From Octopus sinensis (taxonomy: Eukaryota): a DNA stretch of 64,000 nucleotides. The DNA lies in NCBI RefSeq assembly GCF_006345805.1, contig NC_043021.1, positions 26,164,001-26,228,000 on the forward strand, given 5' to 3'. The first letter of the stretch is position 1; each line of letters begins with the position of its first letter. The notes beneath the pieces were generated by a model. The model was not told the DNA's origin and did not search any database. It saw only the letters and a program-made list of their open reading frames with translations. Below, piece by piece: positions 51,677 to 64,000 of this stretch. Made by a program: the position numbers and the translations under genes.

Positions 51677-52010
51677 ATTGCTCCATTATAATGGCTTATA
51701 TGTCGAGCAATATCGTTCTGCCTTAGTTATGATAGAAAAAAAAAAAAAAAGACCAAACTTTCACAACTATGCCGCTAAATTGCAGTAATTTCTGGCCATG
51801 GCTAATGCAAACGCCGAGTCTTCGGCAGCACACGAGTAATTTTATAATACAACTTTGCTGCTTCTAACCTAATCCAAAGCGAAACATCTACGCTGAAATG
51901 TTTGTTGCTGCACGTTTCAAAGCCCGTGAAGCGAGTGACAGAAGCCAAAAACCAGTTGAAATATTTTGAAAAACTCCAATTTCAATCGGAAAAGTATAAA
52001 GTACCCAACA
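51677..52010 (-). other. Candidate first exon (5'UTR plus ATG GAG CAA T)
   Basis: It lies at the CpG transition, with ATG at 51686 in an ataATGG context and donor T|gtatgt at 51676. The 5' boundary is only approximate. Confidence 0.35.
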
Positions 52011-52149
52011 TGGCCGACTCATGTATGTGCATGCAGCTCGCACCTGAATGTGGACGTGTGCACGCTTGGTGCATTCCAACGTATGGCTATGTGGATATAT
52101 TTCTACGTATGTTTCTGTGGTCGGCAGTGTGCGAGTGTGTACATGCAGC

Positions 52150-52181
<32 letters not shown>

Positions 52182-52650
52182 TTCCTGCACCGGAATGCGT
52201 TTCTATCTGTGCTGTACGTCCGTATGTCAGATCTGTGTATGGCTACACATGTGAGACACACGCACGCACGCACTGAACAAGTCGGCAGGAGTTTAAAATT
52301 AAATGCTTTATTAATAATTTGTTTTGTTATGACTAAGCAGAGAGCAGTAAGATTTAAAAGGGAAGTGGGATACAGGAGGGGTTCGATGGCTTTCACAACC
52401 TCCACCCCCAGCAGACAACTACGATCAAGTAAGGAAATGGGGGTGGGGGGCGACGAACATTTGTTGAAAATTTTCGATCATGGAACCAAAAACTCCGCCG
52501 TTGATTAGAAATTAAAGAAAAAAAATGTTATTTTAAACAGACTGGAATCGGATCGTCACTTATACACTCACCTAGCTCTAGAACTAGTTCACAGGTTAAC
52601 TATGTGAAATCACGGGGTAGATAATTAATTAATTAATTATCTAGCCTGGT
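51950..52650. promoter_or_regulatory. Candidate main promoter
   Basis: CpG-rich unique sequence at the methylation-fossil boundary, a YY1-like CAACATGGCCG motif at 52006-52016, and the palindrome at 52618-52643. Confidence 0.45.
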
Positions 52651-55027
52651 TACACATGTAGGTTCAAAAACATCTGCCATTATTATTATTATTATTATTA
52701 TTACTCGCCCGTGTGGCAAATAAACCATCATCATCATCTACAGCTATTATTACCAGCAACTAAAGATGGTCTGAAGTTATTCTGCACAAGTCCTAATTTA
52801 AAATTATATGTAATCGAGCCAACGAGGTCTGCTCGATCTGCTAGTAACAGCAGCAAAATCTTCCTCAATTCACACATTACCGTTTTAACAACGAAAGATA
52901 AAAATTAGACAATGCAACACACGACAGTTATACAAAAACAGCCAGGATGGTCGTGGCTGGAACGCCTTTGATCCTACAGTAACACAATCAGTGCTGACCA
53001 GGAGGCTAACACTCCGCAAAAAAAAAAAAAAGAAAAACTTGTTCTATTATTGCTACTGCTGCTACTACTACTACTATACACCCGTTCAGGATGAAGTTCC
53101 GAAGATATATTCGCCAGTTATTTACGAACAGCAGCGAAACATGAACACACACACCTCCACAGTATGCGATTCCGTATAAGTTGCCGACTGAAGAGAGAGA
53201 GAAGAAAGAAAAAAAACCCCCACACTTGTTCCCGTTTCATAAAACAAGCACTTACGGTTAATAAAGGGGGGAACACACTAAAAACCAACGCTATTATAAA
53301 ATATCTGAAGTTGCTTTACATCCCCCCCCCCACTTGCTATGTATGTATGTGTTTGTATTTATATATATATACATTCGTATGTATGTATAACTGTAATTGT
53401 AAGGGATGGCGCGGGGCCTGGAAAAGGAGAACATTCCGATGCGATCAATGAAAACACGAATAAACTTAAAAACCCATTGCAACAAAATATACCACGTTCT
53501 GCACTTAACACGTTAAAGGTTTAACACACACACACACACACACACAGGTACGTGTATTGCAACAAAATATGCAATCTTCTACACTGAACAAATAAAAGGT
53601 TATATATATAAATATATAATTATACAAATATTCTAAAGTTCCCTACACAGCATCTAATTAATTATTACTGACAAAAAAAAAAGGCGAAATATTTGTATTT
53701 CGTTAGTCAAGTGGGAAATTTAATGCACTTCTCTCTTTTAATTTATGAAATCTGTTAAAAATTAACATTTATTTCCATTCCTTCCGCAAAAGCTAAACAC
53801 ACGCACTTAGGTATATACAACAGCTGAATTATTTATTTTTAAATCTTTTTTTAAATAAATATTTTCTTACACAGAATTCCAAATTTTAATTGTTCCTTTT
53901 CTTTTTTGTCTTTATTTTAGTTTTAGTTTTTCTCTTCCGATTTTCGGAAACATTAAAATGCATGATTGTTTATCGAGTAAACTATTATTTCCAGATGCAT
54001 ACTTACTTAAAACATTTCAACATTTGTTTTGATATGGTGCTACAGAAAATAAACAACAAAAACTTGAAAAGCAAATCGCTGAAACGAAAGTGAAAGTAAT
54101 GCATTCAAACAGGCAAACACAAAATGTTTGTAGCTCTATTATTACTACCAATACAACTATTATTGTTATTATGTTTCTTTTCCTCACTCCGTCGACAACT
54201 ATTTGACTTTAAGAAGGAGGCCATAGTGCCATTTGCCCAAGCACCCATCTCGCATTCTTCCTTTTCTGCATGACAATGTCACACGTACTCGCCACGGAAC
54301 AACGGGGGAATGCTACTATTTCGTCTACAAGAAGTCAAAACATGGTTTATGTAACTTGTCTAAAAGTAGGAGAGATAGACAGGCAGGAATTATTATAAGT
54401 ACAGCTGTAATTTATTAGAAATGTTTTCAAAGCACACAGTCGTAGCATATCAATATTAAATCACCTTTTATTTAGTTGTAAAGCGAGCGACTAGTTTAAT
54501 AATGCAACAAGATCAAGGTCGAATTTTTAGCTTGCTCTGAAATATAAGTCTTTCTACACTTCAAACTAATTCTATAAACCATCTTCACACACACACACAC
54601 GTGTATGTGCGTATGTATGTATCTTTTATTGTTGCTCATCAATTTTATCTTATTGGTAAACTGTTGAGCTCCGTTGAAGCCGATTATTAAGAATTTAATA
54701 AAATTACAGCAACGGAATTTTCTATTACATCGCCACACAACGCATTCACAGAATGGTAAAAACAAAAGCAGCAGAATGAAGAAGAAATATGAAAGAGTCA
54801 AAACGAATTTCTATAGAATTCATTTGTAATTAAGTTGCTTGTTTAATGGAATTTATTAATTGCACCAAAACTGTCAAGTCTTCATCGAGTGAAATCTTAC
54901 AGGTTGGTGAAGTTAAAAAAAAAATTCTGTAAGAGGTGACTCTGGCACACACCATATTAGCAACACCGTCGTCATATTTAATTTCGTTTCATACCGACGT
55001 ACATGCATTACACGTATGTGTGTGTAT

Positions 55028-55148
55028 ATGACATGAAGGGAATGTTCCAAAAGTTTTGGACCTGGTTACGAAATATAAATAAAAACATTCATTGTTTCCC
55101 CTCCTGTCATGTATGATGGGCTAAAAACTTTTGGAACACGCTTCCTAT
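55028..55148. mobile_element. Short mariner-like relic
   Basis: Degenerate TIRs gaagggaatgttccaaaagtttt / aaaactttttggaacacgcttc. Confidence 0.45.
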
Positions 55149-57140
55149 GTCCAAAAAACTACCGGGGAACAGATTTTGACCAATATATTTATAGAGCAAA
55201 ATATATAAAGGTGAAAGAGGGGGCGGTATTCGATTAACAGTTATCTTCTCAACGAAATGTGCCTGACCTTGCCTTGCTGATGTAATTATATATATATATA
55301 TATATATATGGGGGATAGAGGTTGTTAGTGACTTCGGAGTTTCATTTAGCTCCCTATAGGCAGACACTCTGATAAAGGCGAGCAAGATGAAACTTCGAAA
55401 TCACAATCAACCTTTTACTTGTAAAAATTAATACTCTTCTAAAAAAAGTATTGAGTAATGCTTTAGTTTAATGTTGAATAGTTTTCTTTATTATAACTTC
55501 AAATTAAAACAAATATTAAAGCACACCCACACACACGGGGGGGGGGTGTTTATCCCAGCATTAACTGCGATAAAGTCGATTGCTTTTGACATTCCGTGAT
55601 CAAAGACTAATTCCTGAAATGTGAGGTTTCTAGAGAAGTCCCCCAAGCTTCGAGAATGAAATTCTACGTTGAAACCTTTTGCACGACTTGCTGGAATAAG
55701 ATATTCTATAAATTGGATACTTTCAATAAACTACCAAATAAAATCACCATGGAATAAATATCGAGGTTTTATTTTTGTTTTAATTTTATATTCAAGATGA
55801 CACTCGAAGCGAAAAGATTTTCGCCATCAACCCTTAACACAATACACACACATTTACAACTACACGGAAGTATATACATAATTAGCAACATTGATGTCAA
55901 ACACAAAATCACAGGTAAAAAAAAAAGAAAAGGAGAAAGGTTACGTCTTTTATTTCTGAAGGAACTGATTAAAATTTAATTGTCCCCCCCCCTCCTACTT
56001 TCTATTCATAATAAAGCAAGGCTTTCACTTTCGCAAAAGAACTTCTTCCTTCGCTGCGAATTTTCGTCCTTGTAATTTATTAAGCATTTTAATATTGCTA
56101 CATTCATGAAAAATATGCTCTGTCAACTGTCTTATTGTCGTCCCCAAATGCAAAACGTACCGTAATTTCCTCTAAGTCACAGAAATGTGAACAGTGGCAG
56201 AAAATTCTCCTTGCAATTCGAACAAATATTGACTTTTATATATAATTCTCATAACTAGAGCATTTTCATTATTGTTGCTCTAAATTATGTTTGGTAAACT
56301 AAAAGGAAAGCCAAAGTTTGCCAAACTGACGATGTTTTTATACTCCAAGATCGTTGAAGAACATCAGATGCTTGGGCTTTCTTATTTTACTGGAGACAGA
56401 TAAGTTTGCAATGAGAACATGCTGGTTTCTAACTTTGCGATTCGGGTATAGCAGCCGTTATTTATTTTATTGACACTGGAGAGACAAAAAGATACAATCT
56501 AAACCGACGCGATTCGAACCCAAAGCATAAAGGCACCGAACCCCCATCGTTGCCCTCCTTTATTGCCAATCCACAAAAAGAAAAACACTCAAGTCTTCAA
56601 TATGTAAGCTTTGCAAAATCCGGATGTACATATTTGGAGAATTTGGAGACTATTTTGATATGGAAAATATTTTGGACCTAATCCCTTCCTACGCCCTGCT
56701 TCCCTCCCCAATATTGGTATTTAGTTCCAAGTCAGTACTGACCATGCAAACCGAACAGGAAAGGAATTTCAGCCGCCACCATACCTTTTCCCAAGGCACA
56801 TTCCACCCAGAACCCTTAAAACTGCAGGGGGTAATTTTAAAGAGATTTAACTGCTATTTCTAGGACGATAAATCGAAAACTGATTTATAGTCGACCGAGA
56901 TAGATAAATAAACGAATTTCAGTTTTAGGTTGGGACATTTTGGATGATTTTTGCTACTGAATCCAAAATGGTGAGCCCTTGAGTTTTTCACACTAAGTAG
57001 GGGATAAAACAAGATTTGCGCAGTTTACACAAAAGAGTTTTCAAGTGTCACAAACTTGTGGATAGAAATTAAAATAGATTTAAAAGCGTTAATACTTGAA
57101 ACGGAGGCTAATGTAATATTTGTACACCATTCATTTATTC

Positions 57141-57173
<33 letters not shown>

Positions 57174-57345
57174 TCTTATATTTATAAGTTGATCTCAATG
57201 GAAGTAGGCACAATTTAACATTTGAACATGGTAACACTAAAATAGAAATTTGTTAGGGCTGACACAAAATGACCCACCCAATAGATACGCACCGAGACAC
57301 CCAAATAATTTTTTAAAATGTACGAGACTTTAATATTTCTGTTAC

Positions 57346-57530
57346 AAGGCGGCGATCTGGCAGAAAACGTAAGCACGCCGGACGAAATGCCAACGAACAT
57401 TCCGTCCGTCTTTACGTTCTGAGTTCGAAATTCGTCGAGGTCGACTTTGCCATTCATCCTTTCAGAGTCGATGTGATCGATTTATCTTAGTTTCACCGAA
57501 ATTGCTCGCCTTGTTCCAAAATTTGAAAGC
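57346..57530 (+). mobile_element. Deu/Nin-domain-like SINE with CpGs intact
   Basis: Same family as the 22.4-24.1 kb copies, with 18 CpGs counted by eye. Confidence 0.85.
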
Positions 57531-60500
57531 AATTCTTAACTGTTAGCAAATAAGTTATAGGACCGATGGATTAATAAACTACTTAAAATCGGAATCGAGC
57601 AGGAAATCAATAAACGAAGAACAGTGGCTTTCGAGTGATGTTGAACTTTCTTTTCAATTATCTCTTTCTTTATTCTGAACATGTTTAATGCTTCCTAAGC
57701 ATGTCAAAAAGATGCAGACACCATCAGCAGACTTTAGACTGGTTTCAATTTCCCGGAGTGATGACAGCCCTGTACTCCTTTAAAGTAATAAAGAGTACGG
57801 GGAATAAAAGTCTATTAGCAAAATAGACATTAATGAAGGCATATGTACAGTTTAGGGACTCGATCACGAATTCATACTTTTCAAATAAATTTTGCATGGA
57901 TAAGTTTTTGAGGGTGTAGATAACAATTATGCTGATAGTATTTAATCTTTTTTCTTTTTGCTTGAAAGAGTTTTTGATAATTCTCTCATAACTTTTTAAA
58001 AATGGATATCGAAATAAATCCTTAAAAAAAAATTTTTTTTTTTTAAAACGAAAACATTAAACTTATAGAAGTTGGTGGTGGGAAGAATGATCCGAAACTC
58101 GTCCGAAAGTATTTTTGTTTATGGCGTTCCTACTGAATAGCGTCGGAAATTATCTGGTAAAGAAAAAAGAAAATAAAAATCCTAATTTCTTCGGTTGTGC
58201 ATTACAGATTACGAATCTGGACCCTTCCTTCGGTGTAAGTTTTGGGGTTTTAGTCTTTCGTTATGAAAAAAAAAAAATAATCAGGTTTACATTTTAAATA
58301 TCCGGGGTTCTGAATCTTCAAAAATATGTATAACTTTTTTAAAATATTAATTGAAAAAAAAAAAAAAATTCGAAAAAATTCAAAATTGAAATATTACAGA
58401 AAGTATCCCCCACGATACTTCCTTTTAGTTTTTGCAGAATTATAAATCTATGATTCATAAAAAAGAAATTGCGATTTCCTATAAGTTATTCTTCAAGAAC
58501 ACCGTTTTTTAAATCTTCTCTACAAAATTCCATAAAAAAAAAAAAAAACCTTACACAAATCAATACATAACGTCATTAATTTTCATAAAGTTGGATGGTG
58601 GGGCACCAAACTGTAGTTATACCGACGTGCACACACCAATATGACCCGCACCCAACTTTAATTCTTCATAACTGTCAGAAAAATGGCTATTTTGGAACGA
58701 ACTTTTCTACAATGACGTAAATTACAACTGTATTGAAATTTGATGTAAAAAAATGATAAATTGGTAAACGAGCACACATACATACAGATAAACATATATC
58801 GCCAAATTTTGAAACAATTACGTGTATCAGTGTAGACGTGTGTATGTCCACTAATTTTTTTTACACTAAATTCCGATGTAATCTTAAGCTACAACACCCG
58901 ATGGGTACTTGTACAAAGTTGCATTAAAAAAAATACCTATTTTTCTGAAATTTATGAGGAAACAGATTCGGTAGGAAAATGCACTGTAGACTGTGTGTGT
59001 GTGTATATATATATATATATACACACACATGGGGGTCACTTCTTATAAACCGAATGAAGCAAAAGTTTTGAAATGAATCGTGTCCAACAGAAGGGAATAG
59101 AATAAAACACAAAGAACGAACACCAGACCAGTTTTTAAAAACTGAGGCATCTTCATTATCTAATTTCAGGTTAATTACACTAAATTTATTAAGAGAGCTA
59201 CATCTATATATATATATATATATAATCATAGTTTTGGTTTCAGACACGATACTAGTATTTCGTATTATTGCTTTTTCTTTTTTCCCACCTGGCAGTGATT
59301 GTACAAAAAAGAAATAAATTTTGATTTATGATTTCTAGAAAACATCGGGCACATGAGTGATTAAAAAGTTTAGCAAGCATTGGAAGATGTCCTGGGAAAT
59401 AGAGACGAAGTCATTCAGGAGAAAATAACCTAAAATACAGTGAGATACAGCAAAAAAATTAAATAAAGATAATTGTCAGAATAGAGGGAAATAAATACAC
59501 AGTAAAAAATGGAATTTGAACGACTTACTTATCTGATAAAATATAATCGTCCCGAGAACGGAAAGATAGTGTATGTACGTGTGCGTGCGTGCATATATAT
59601 ATATATATAAAGACAGGTATGTTAAATAATGTGAAAGCATGAGATAGAAAGGCCCATGAAAATGAGAGAAAGAGAATGAATGGAAAAAGACAAGAGCGAA
59701 GTCAGTCAAAATTGGCGCCTTTCAATCATGATTACAACCGGACATCAAGTACTGTCAGTCAATGTATGTCTATTACACACACAAACACGTTCTATCTACT
59801 AGCAGCATGATCTGGTCTTAAATATAATCTCATGCAGCGATATCCAATATTTAAATATAATCCCATGAAATTTACTTAAGTTGCTTTAAAAAAAAAAAAC
59901 AAAAGGTTCTGACAATGTTTCAATTGGTCTTAGGATGTCGATTTTACTCAGTAATTGTTATATCGAAGCCAACCAGAAACAAAAAAAACACGGTTTATGT
60001 TGAGTTCCATAAAAATTTACAAATTGAATACAGAACAGAAAAATAATAAAAATCTACGTTTTCTATTTTCTACGAAAACATCCAGTGTTATTTTTAAATG
60101 TCCTAATTTACATAATTTCTCTAACTGCAATTATTTTTTTTTTTGTATGTGACTTTTCCCTCCAATGTCTACAGCAATGTTTGACACTTGCTTTTAGATC
60201 TTGTCACAAGCTTAAAAGAACAATTACGGGGACAGTCCACATAGCCCCGTGACCTTCTCATCGAAAAGATCCGATCCCTGTATGTATATATTCACTTATA
60301 TGCCAGCACTTATTAATAAATGTTTTTGAGGTTTAAGGCGGCAGAATCTTTTTAAGGCGGTTTTTGCTACGGTAATTTAGGTTCTGAGTTCAAACCCCGC
60401 CGACGTCAGCTTTGCCTTTCATTCTTTCGGGCTCGATAAAATAAAATCAAGGGACAGTTCTTTTATACTCCAAATTTCAAGCCTTATGCTTATTTCAGAA

Positions 60501-61492
60501 AGCTTTATTTTCTTTTCAGCGCAGTTTTTGTTGTAAGCTAAAGTCCCACCGAGGTCAAAAGTAAGTAGCAGATGTAACCGACTGCATCCCTCTCGCTAAA
60601 ATCATTGACCGTGAGGCAAAATTTGAAACAACTATTAGTTTTATGTTCCCAGTGAACAACAGCTAGGGTCTCCGAAAGAAATTTAACAAATTTGAGGACC
60701 TCAAATGTCACAAGTGTTTTGACCCCAACTCTCAGGTAGGGGCCCCGGACTGAAGTACCAGCCGAACATGCTACGTTTGGGCTCAAAACGTGATGAAGAG
60801 AAAAGAGAAGATGGAAGAGGAAAAACGTTTATAATATTGCATACATCAAAATAATATTGCTATTAAAACATCCAAACGTCAGTCACCTCTGATGTCATTC
60901 ACATTCGGCTAAATTTAATTTCTATTTTTAATTATTCAAAAAGAATCGAAGAATTGTGTAAACCTGTTGCAGCGTAGAAATATAAATGTCATTGAATTTT
61001 AAAATTTTATAAGCTTCATTAAATCGAGGCCTGCATTTAACAATGACGCTGTAAAAATTTTAAATCTCACCTATTTAACACCATCACAATACAAATTTAT
61101 TATTATCACAAAGCATCCGAAAGAAACTGGTATATATTTTACAACCAAGCATAAAACAGCCACATCGTTAACAAACCACTTGTATATTTTATTCATTCGG
61201 TGAAATGAAATGGAAAGTAGTTGATGTATCTAGTTTAAATAAACATCAAACGTGCATGTAACCTTGAAATATAACAGTTTGACGATATTAAAATATATAA
61301 ATCCCAGCTGTCTAAACCCATAGAACCAAAATAGAGATGAATAGAGCAAGAACTTGGCTGAAAACAGTTTAGCGACAGATTAAATGGTTTTGCATTTCGC
61401 TTCGTGCCTCTGCATCGAATTTCAATGCAATTAGAGTAAAGTTCTGTCTTTTATCTTCCTCGGGATCGATAAAAATTAGTAACAAGCGTGTG

Positions 61493-61525
<33 letters not shown>

Positions 61526-64000
61526 TATATATATATATAATTACTATTAAAAGTTGAAGCGTTCACAAAACACGGAGGCCAATATTTTACAAAATCAATT
61601 AATTCCCTTTTTAATGAGAAATTCTTTTCTTTCACTGAGGTTAATCGAAGATACTTAAACGGGTCGAGAAATTTTGTGTTACATTTTCAAGATGAGCCAC
61701 TTAAACGGTCCCATGGAAATTTGACAGTTAATTTACAGGTAACAACAGAACTGAAAGAGAATTTACTAAAGACGAGGGGAAATTGTCGATAATTCAAAGA
61801 AAAAAAAAGTTGAATGAAAATATTTGAAAAATTTTCTAAACGCATGTTTTTTTTTAAAAGTCTTCTATTAAGTCTTCACCTAGTTACTTATTGATTCTAA
61901 TTAATTGGTTCTGCAAATGGTAGCACAAAACATAATTTGCAAGACAGAGTAAATAAATAGATATGAAGATTTGTAAGGCTTTAAGTGAAATGTCCCCTAA
62001 TCAGACAGAACCTGGACTTCAGAATACAGTGGACTTTACCAAAGAATACATAAAACGATTACGATAAACAAGGGAGACATTAATAACGTTCCTCGCCCAA
62101 AATTGACAAATTTCCACTTTTCACCAGAATTTAAAATAAAATTAAAGAAAAGATAATTCATGCTAGAAAACTTCTCAAAATTCCTTAGAATGGAGGTTTA
62201 AAGGTGAAGAATGCCATTTCCTTATATATACACTTAAAGACTTAATAAGAATGGTAAAGCTCCAGAATAAATTGCTTTCCCTTAGTTTCTTTTAACTACG
62301 ACAGCCAATATAATAAAACAGAATGAATATTAACCAAAAAAACAAAGTCAACAACCCCTCTCCCGAAAGGCCCAATCTAGAGATGTTTATAAAACATTGT
62401 CAGGAAGACGAAATTGCAATATCCTGAAGCCTTCAACATTTTGTATTTGAATCCCGCCAAAATAAAACACCAATAAAGAACTAGTGTCGATTACGAAATT
62501 CTTCCTCCGAAATTCTGTGATCTTCGAGCCAAGGTTGTAATTACATTGACTGCCACAGATAGAATGACTGAAAGAAACAGTAGCACCACGCAGAAGATAC
62601 TTCGTTGGTATTTAGTTACGCCCCTTTATGTTCCAAGTTCGAATCCTGTTGAAGTCGGTAGAACACACACGAAACCGATCAAGTACTGCAGCTTAATGGC
62701 TCAACTTTTGTCAGCCAGCAGAAACCATTCTTGCTTGCCTTCAGACTATGCTTTGCAAATACATACACAAATATGGTTATATCTATTTCAATGAATCTCT
62801 TTATATATAATGAGTAGTTATACGCAGTTTTATATGCGTGTCGGGGTTGGTGTGTTTACGTCCGCCTAACTCAGATGTTCGTTAAACAGAATGATATGAG
62901 TGCCAGGCTTTAAAAAAATCTAAGTACTAAGGCCGATTCGTTCGACTAAAATTCTTGATGGCAGTGCTCCAGCATGACCGCGACTGATACAAGCAAAAGA
63001 TATATATATATCCGCTTACAATTAAAATGTAAATGTTTTGTGTTGCTGTGTGGAAAGAGGGACTCTCCGATCTTTTTAAGAATTTGTTTTTATAGTTGTC
63101 TATTTTCATGTTGTTTTGCATCCCCCCCCCACACACACAAACTCCTCAAGAAACGCGAAAAGCTATTAAACTCAAGGATTCACTAAGGGATCCACAATAC
63201 ACCCAATCCACATAAATATAATTCTCTCGCTGCCAAACGAGAGAATTATATTGTTTATTTGTGACTGGTGAAAGTGAAAGTGGTGGAGGGGGGCACACAT
63301 TATCTCAGAAATCGTCTTCATCTTTGTGATCGAGTTTACAGAAACGATAAAACGCCGGACTGAATGATTGGTAGCCATAATGTGAGTTCGAGCCCTTTAC
63401 AAGCCATGGATAAATAAAATAAAATAAAGTGAGCTGGAGGAAAGGACGTGGGCGGCGGGGTTGATTGTCAAATTATTTTGCACTCTTTAGTTACGTCCCT
63501 TTATGTTTTGAGTTCAAATTCCATCAGAGACCGACTTTGTAGTTTTGTGTCCCCAGTCGACCTCTGCACTACGTTGAGGGCCATTGATTTAATCGTTCTG
63601 CGTTCTGAGTTGAAATACACAAGAGCCGACTCTTCCTACATTTCTATGTTGCCGAAGACTAGGTCGTTGGATCTACTTGAGCCACATTTCCTGGTAACAG
63701 CGTCTGTACAGTTAGGTTTGAAACAGGTTTGTTTTATTAGCTGCTTATATACAAGCCCCAGGTTTGTCCTAGTGGTGCAGACCTATGATCAAATGTGTTC
63801 CAGGCGTGATCACTTTGTCTTTTTTGTGTGTATGTATATATATAACATCATCATCGACTCTGTCGCCAACAAACATACAGAAGGATATGATCTGAAGGAG
63901 ATTTGGCAGTTATTTCTAGCAGATCGACAACTGCAAAGGTCCTTTAAACTTTTTGGTTGAAGGCGTCGCGAATGAGAGGATCCAATCTTGATGAAAGCGT

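Noticed and set aside
51902-52508. Plus-strand ORFs of 124 and 180 aa
   Set aside because: They run through (GT)n and promoter-like sequence and show no recognisable domain.
52572-54901. Additional minus-strand donors at 52572, 53256 and 54901 as alternative first exons
   Set aside because: GTRAG-type hexamers are expected by chance at about this density, and no independent support is visible.
1-64000. Clustered protocadherin or C2H2 zinc-finger array
   Set aside because: There is no large first-exon ORF, cadherin motif or C2H2 repeat in any frame.

Overview
This is AT-rich eukaryotic genomic DNA, dense in SINEs and microsatellites. The repeat families look like those of a coleoid cephalopod, most likely Octopus (my recognition, not a database result). 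I found no intact long ORF, rRNA, tRNA gene or CRISPR array, and no protein-coding gene I can name. A large fraction of the window is recognisable transposon debris: tRNA-head SINEs, Deu/Nin-domain-like SINEs with (ATT)n tails, 5'-truncated RTE, RTE-X, Tx1/L1 and R4/Dong LINEs, a hAT transposase relic, and piggyBac-, Merlin-, hAT-, mariner- and Helentron-type non-autonomous elements, several of them nested. The main higher-order signal is CpG content. Repeat copies left of about 51.5 kb have lost their CpGs to TG/CA, while equally diverged copies to the right keep them. This fits a promoter near 52 kb driving a minus-strand gene whose methylated body (large 5' introns, short or UTR exons) runs off the left end. 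CpG-retaining, TE-poor islands inside that body look like alternative promoters or enhancers; a separate short CpG-retaining patch near 4.4 kb holds a MEF2/octamer/E-box cluster. All exon calls come from splice signals only and are hypotheses.
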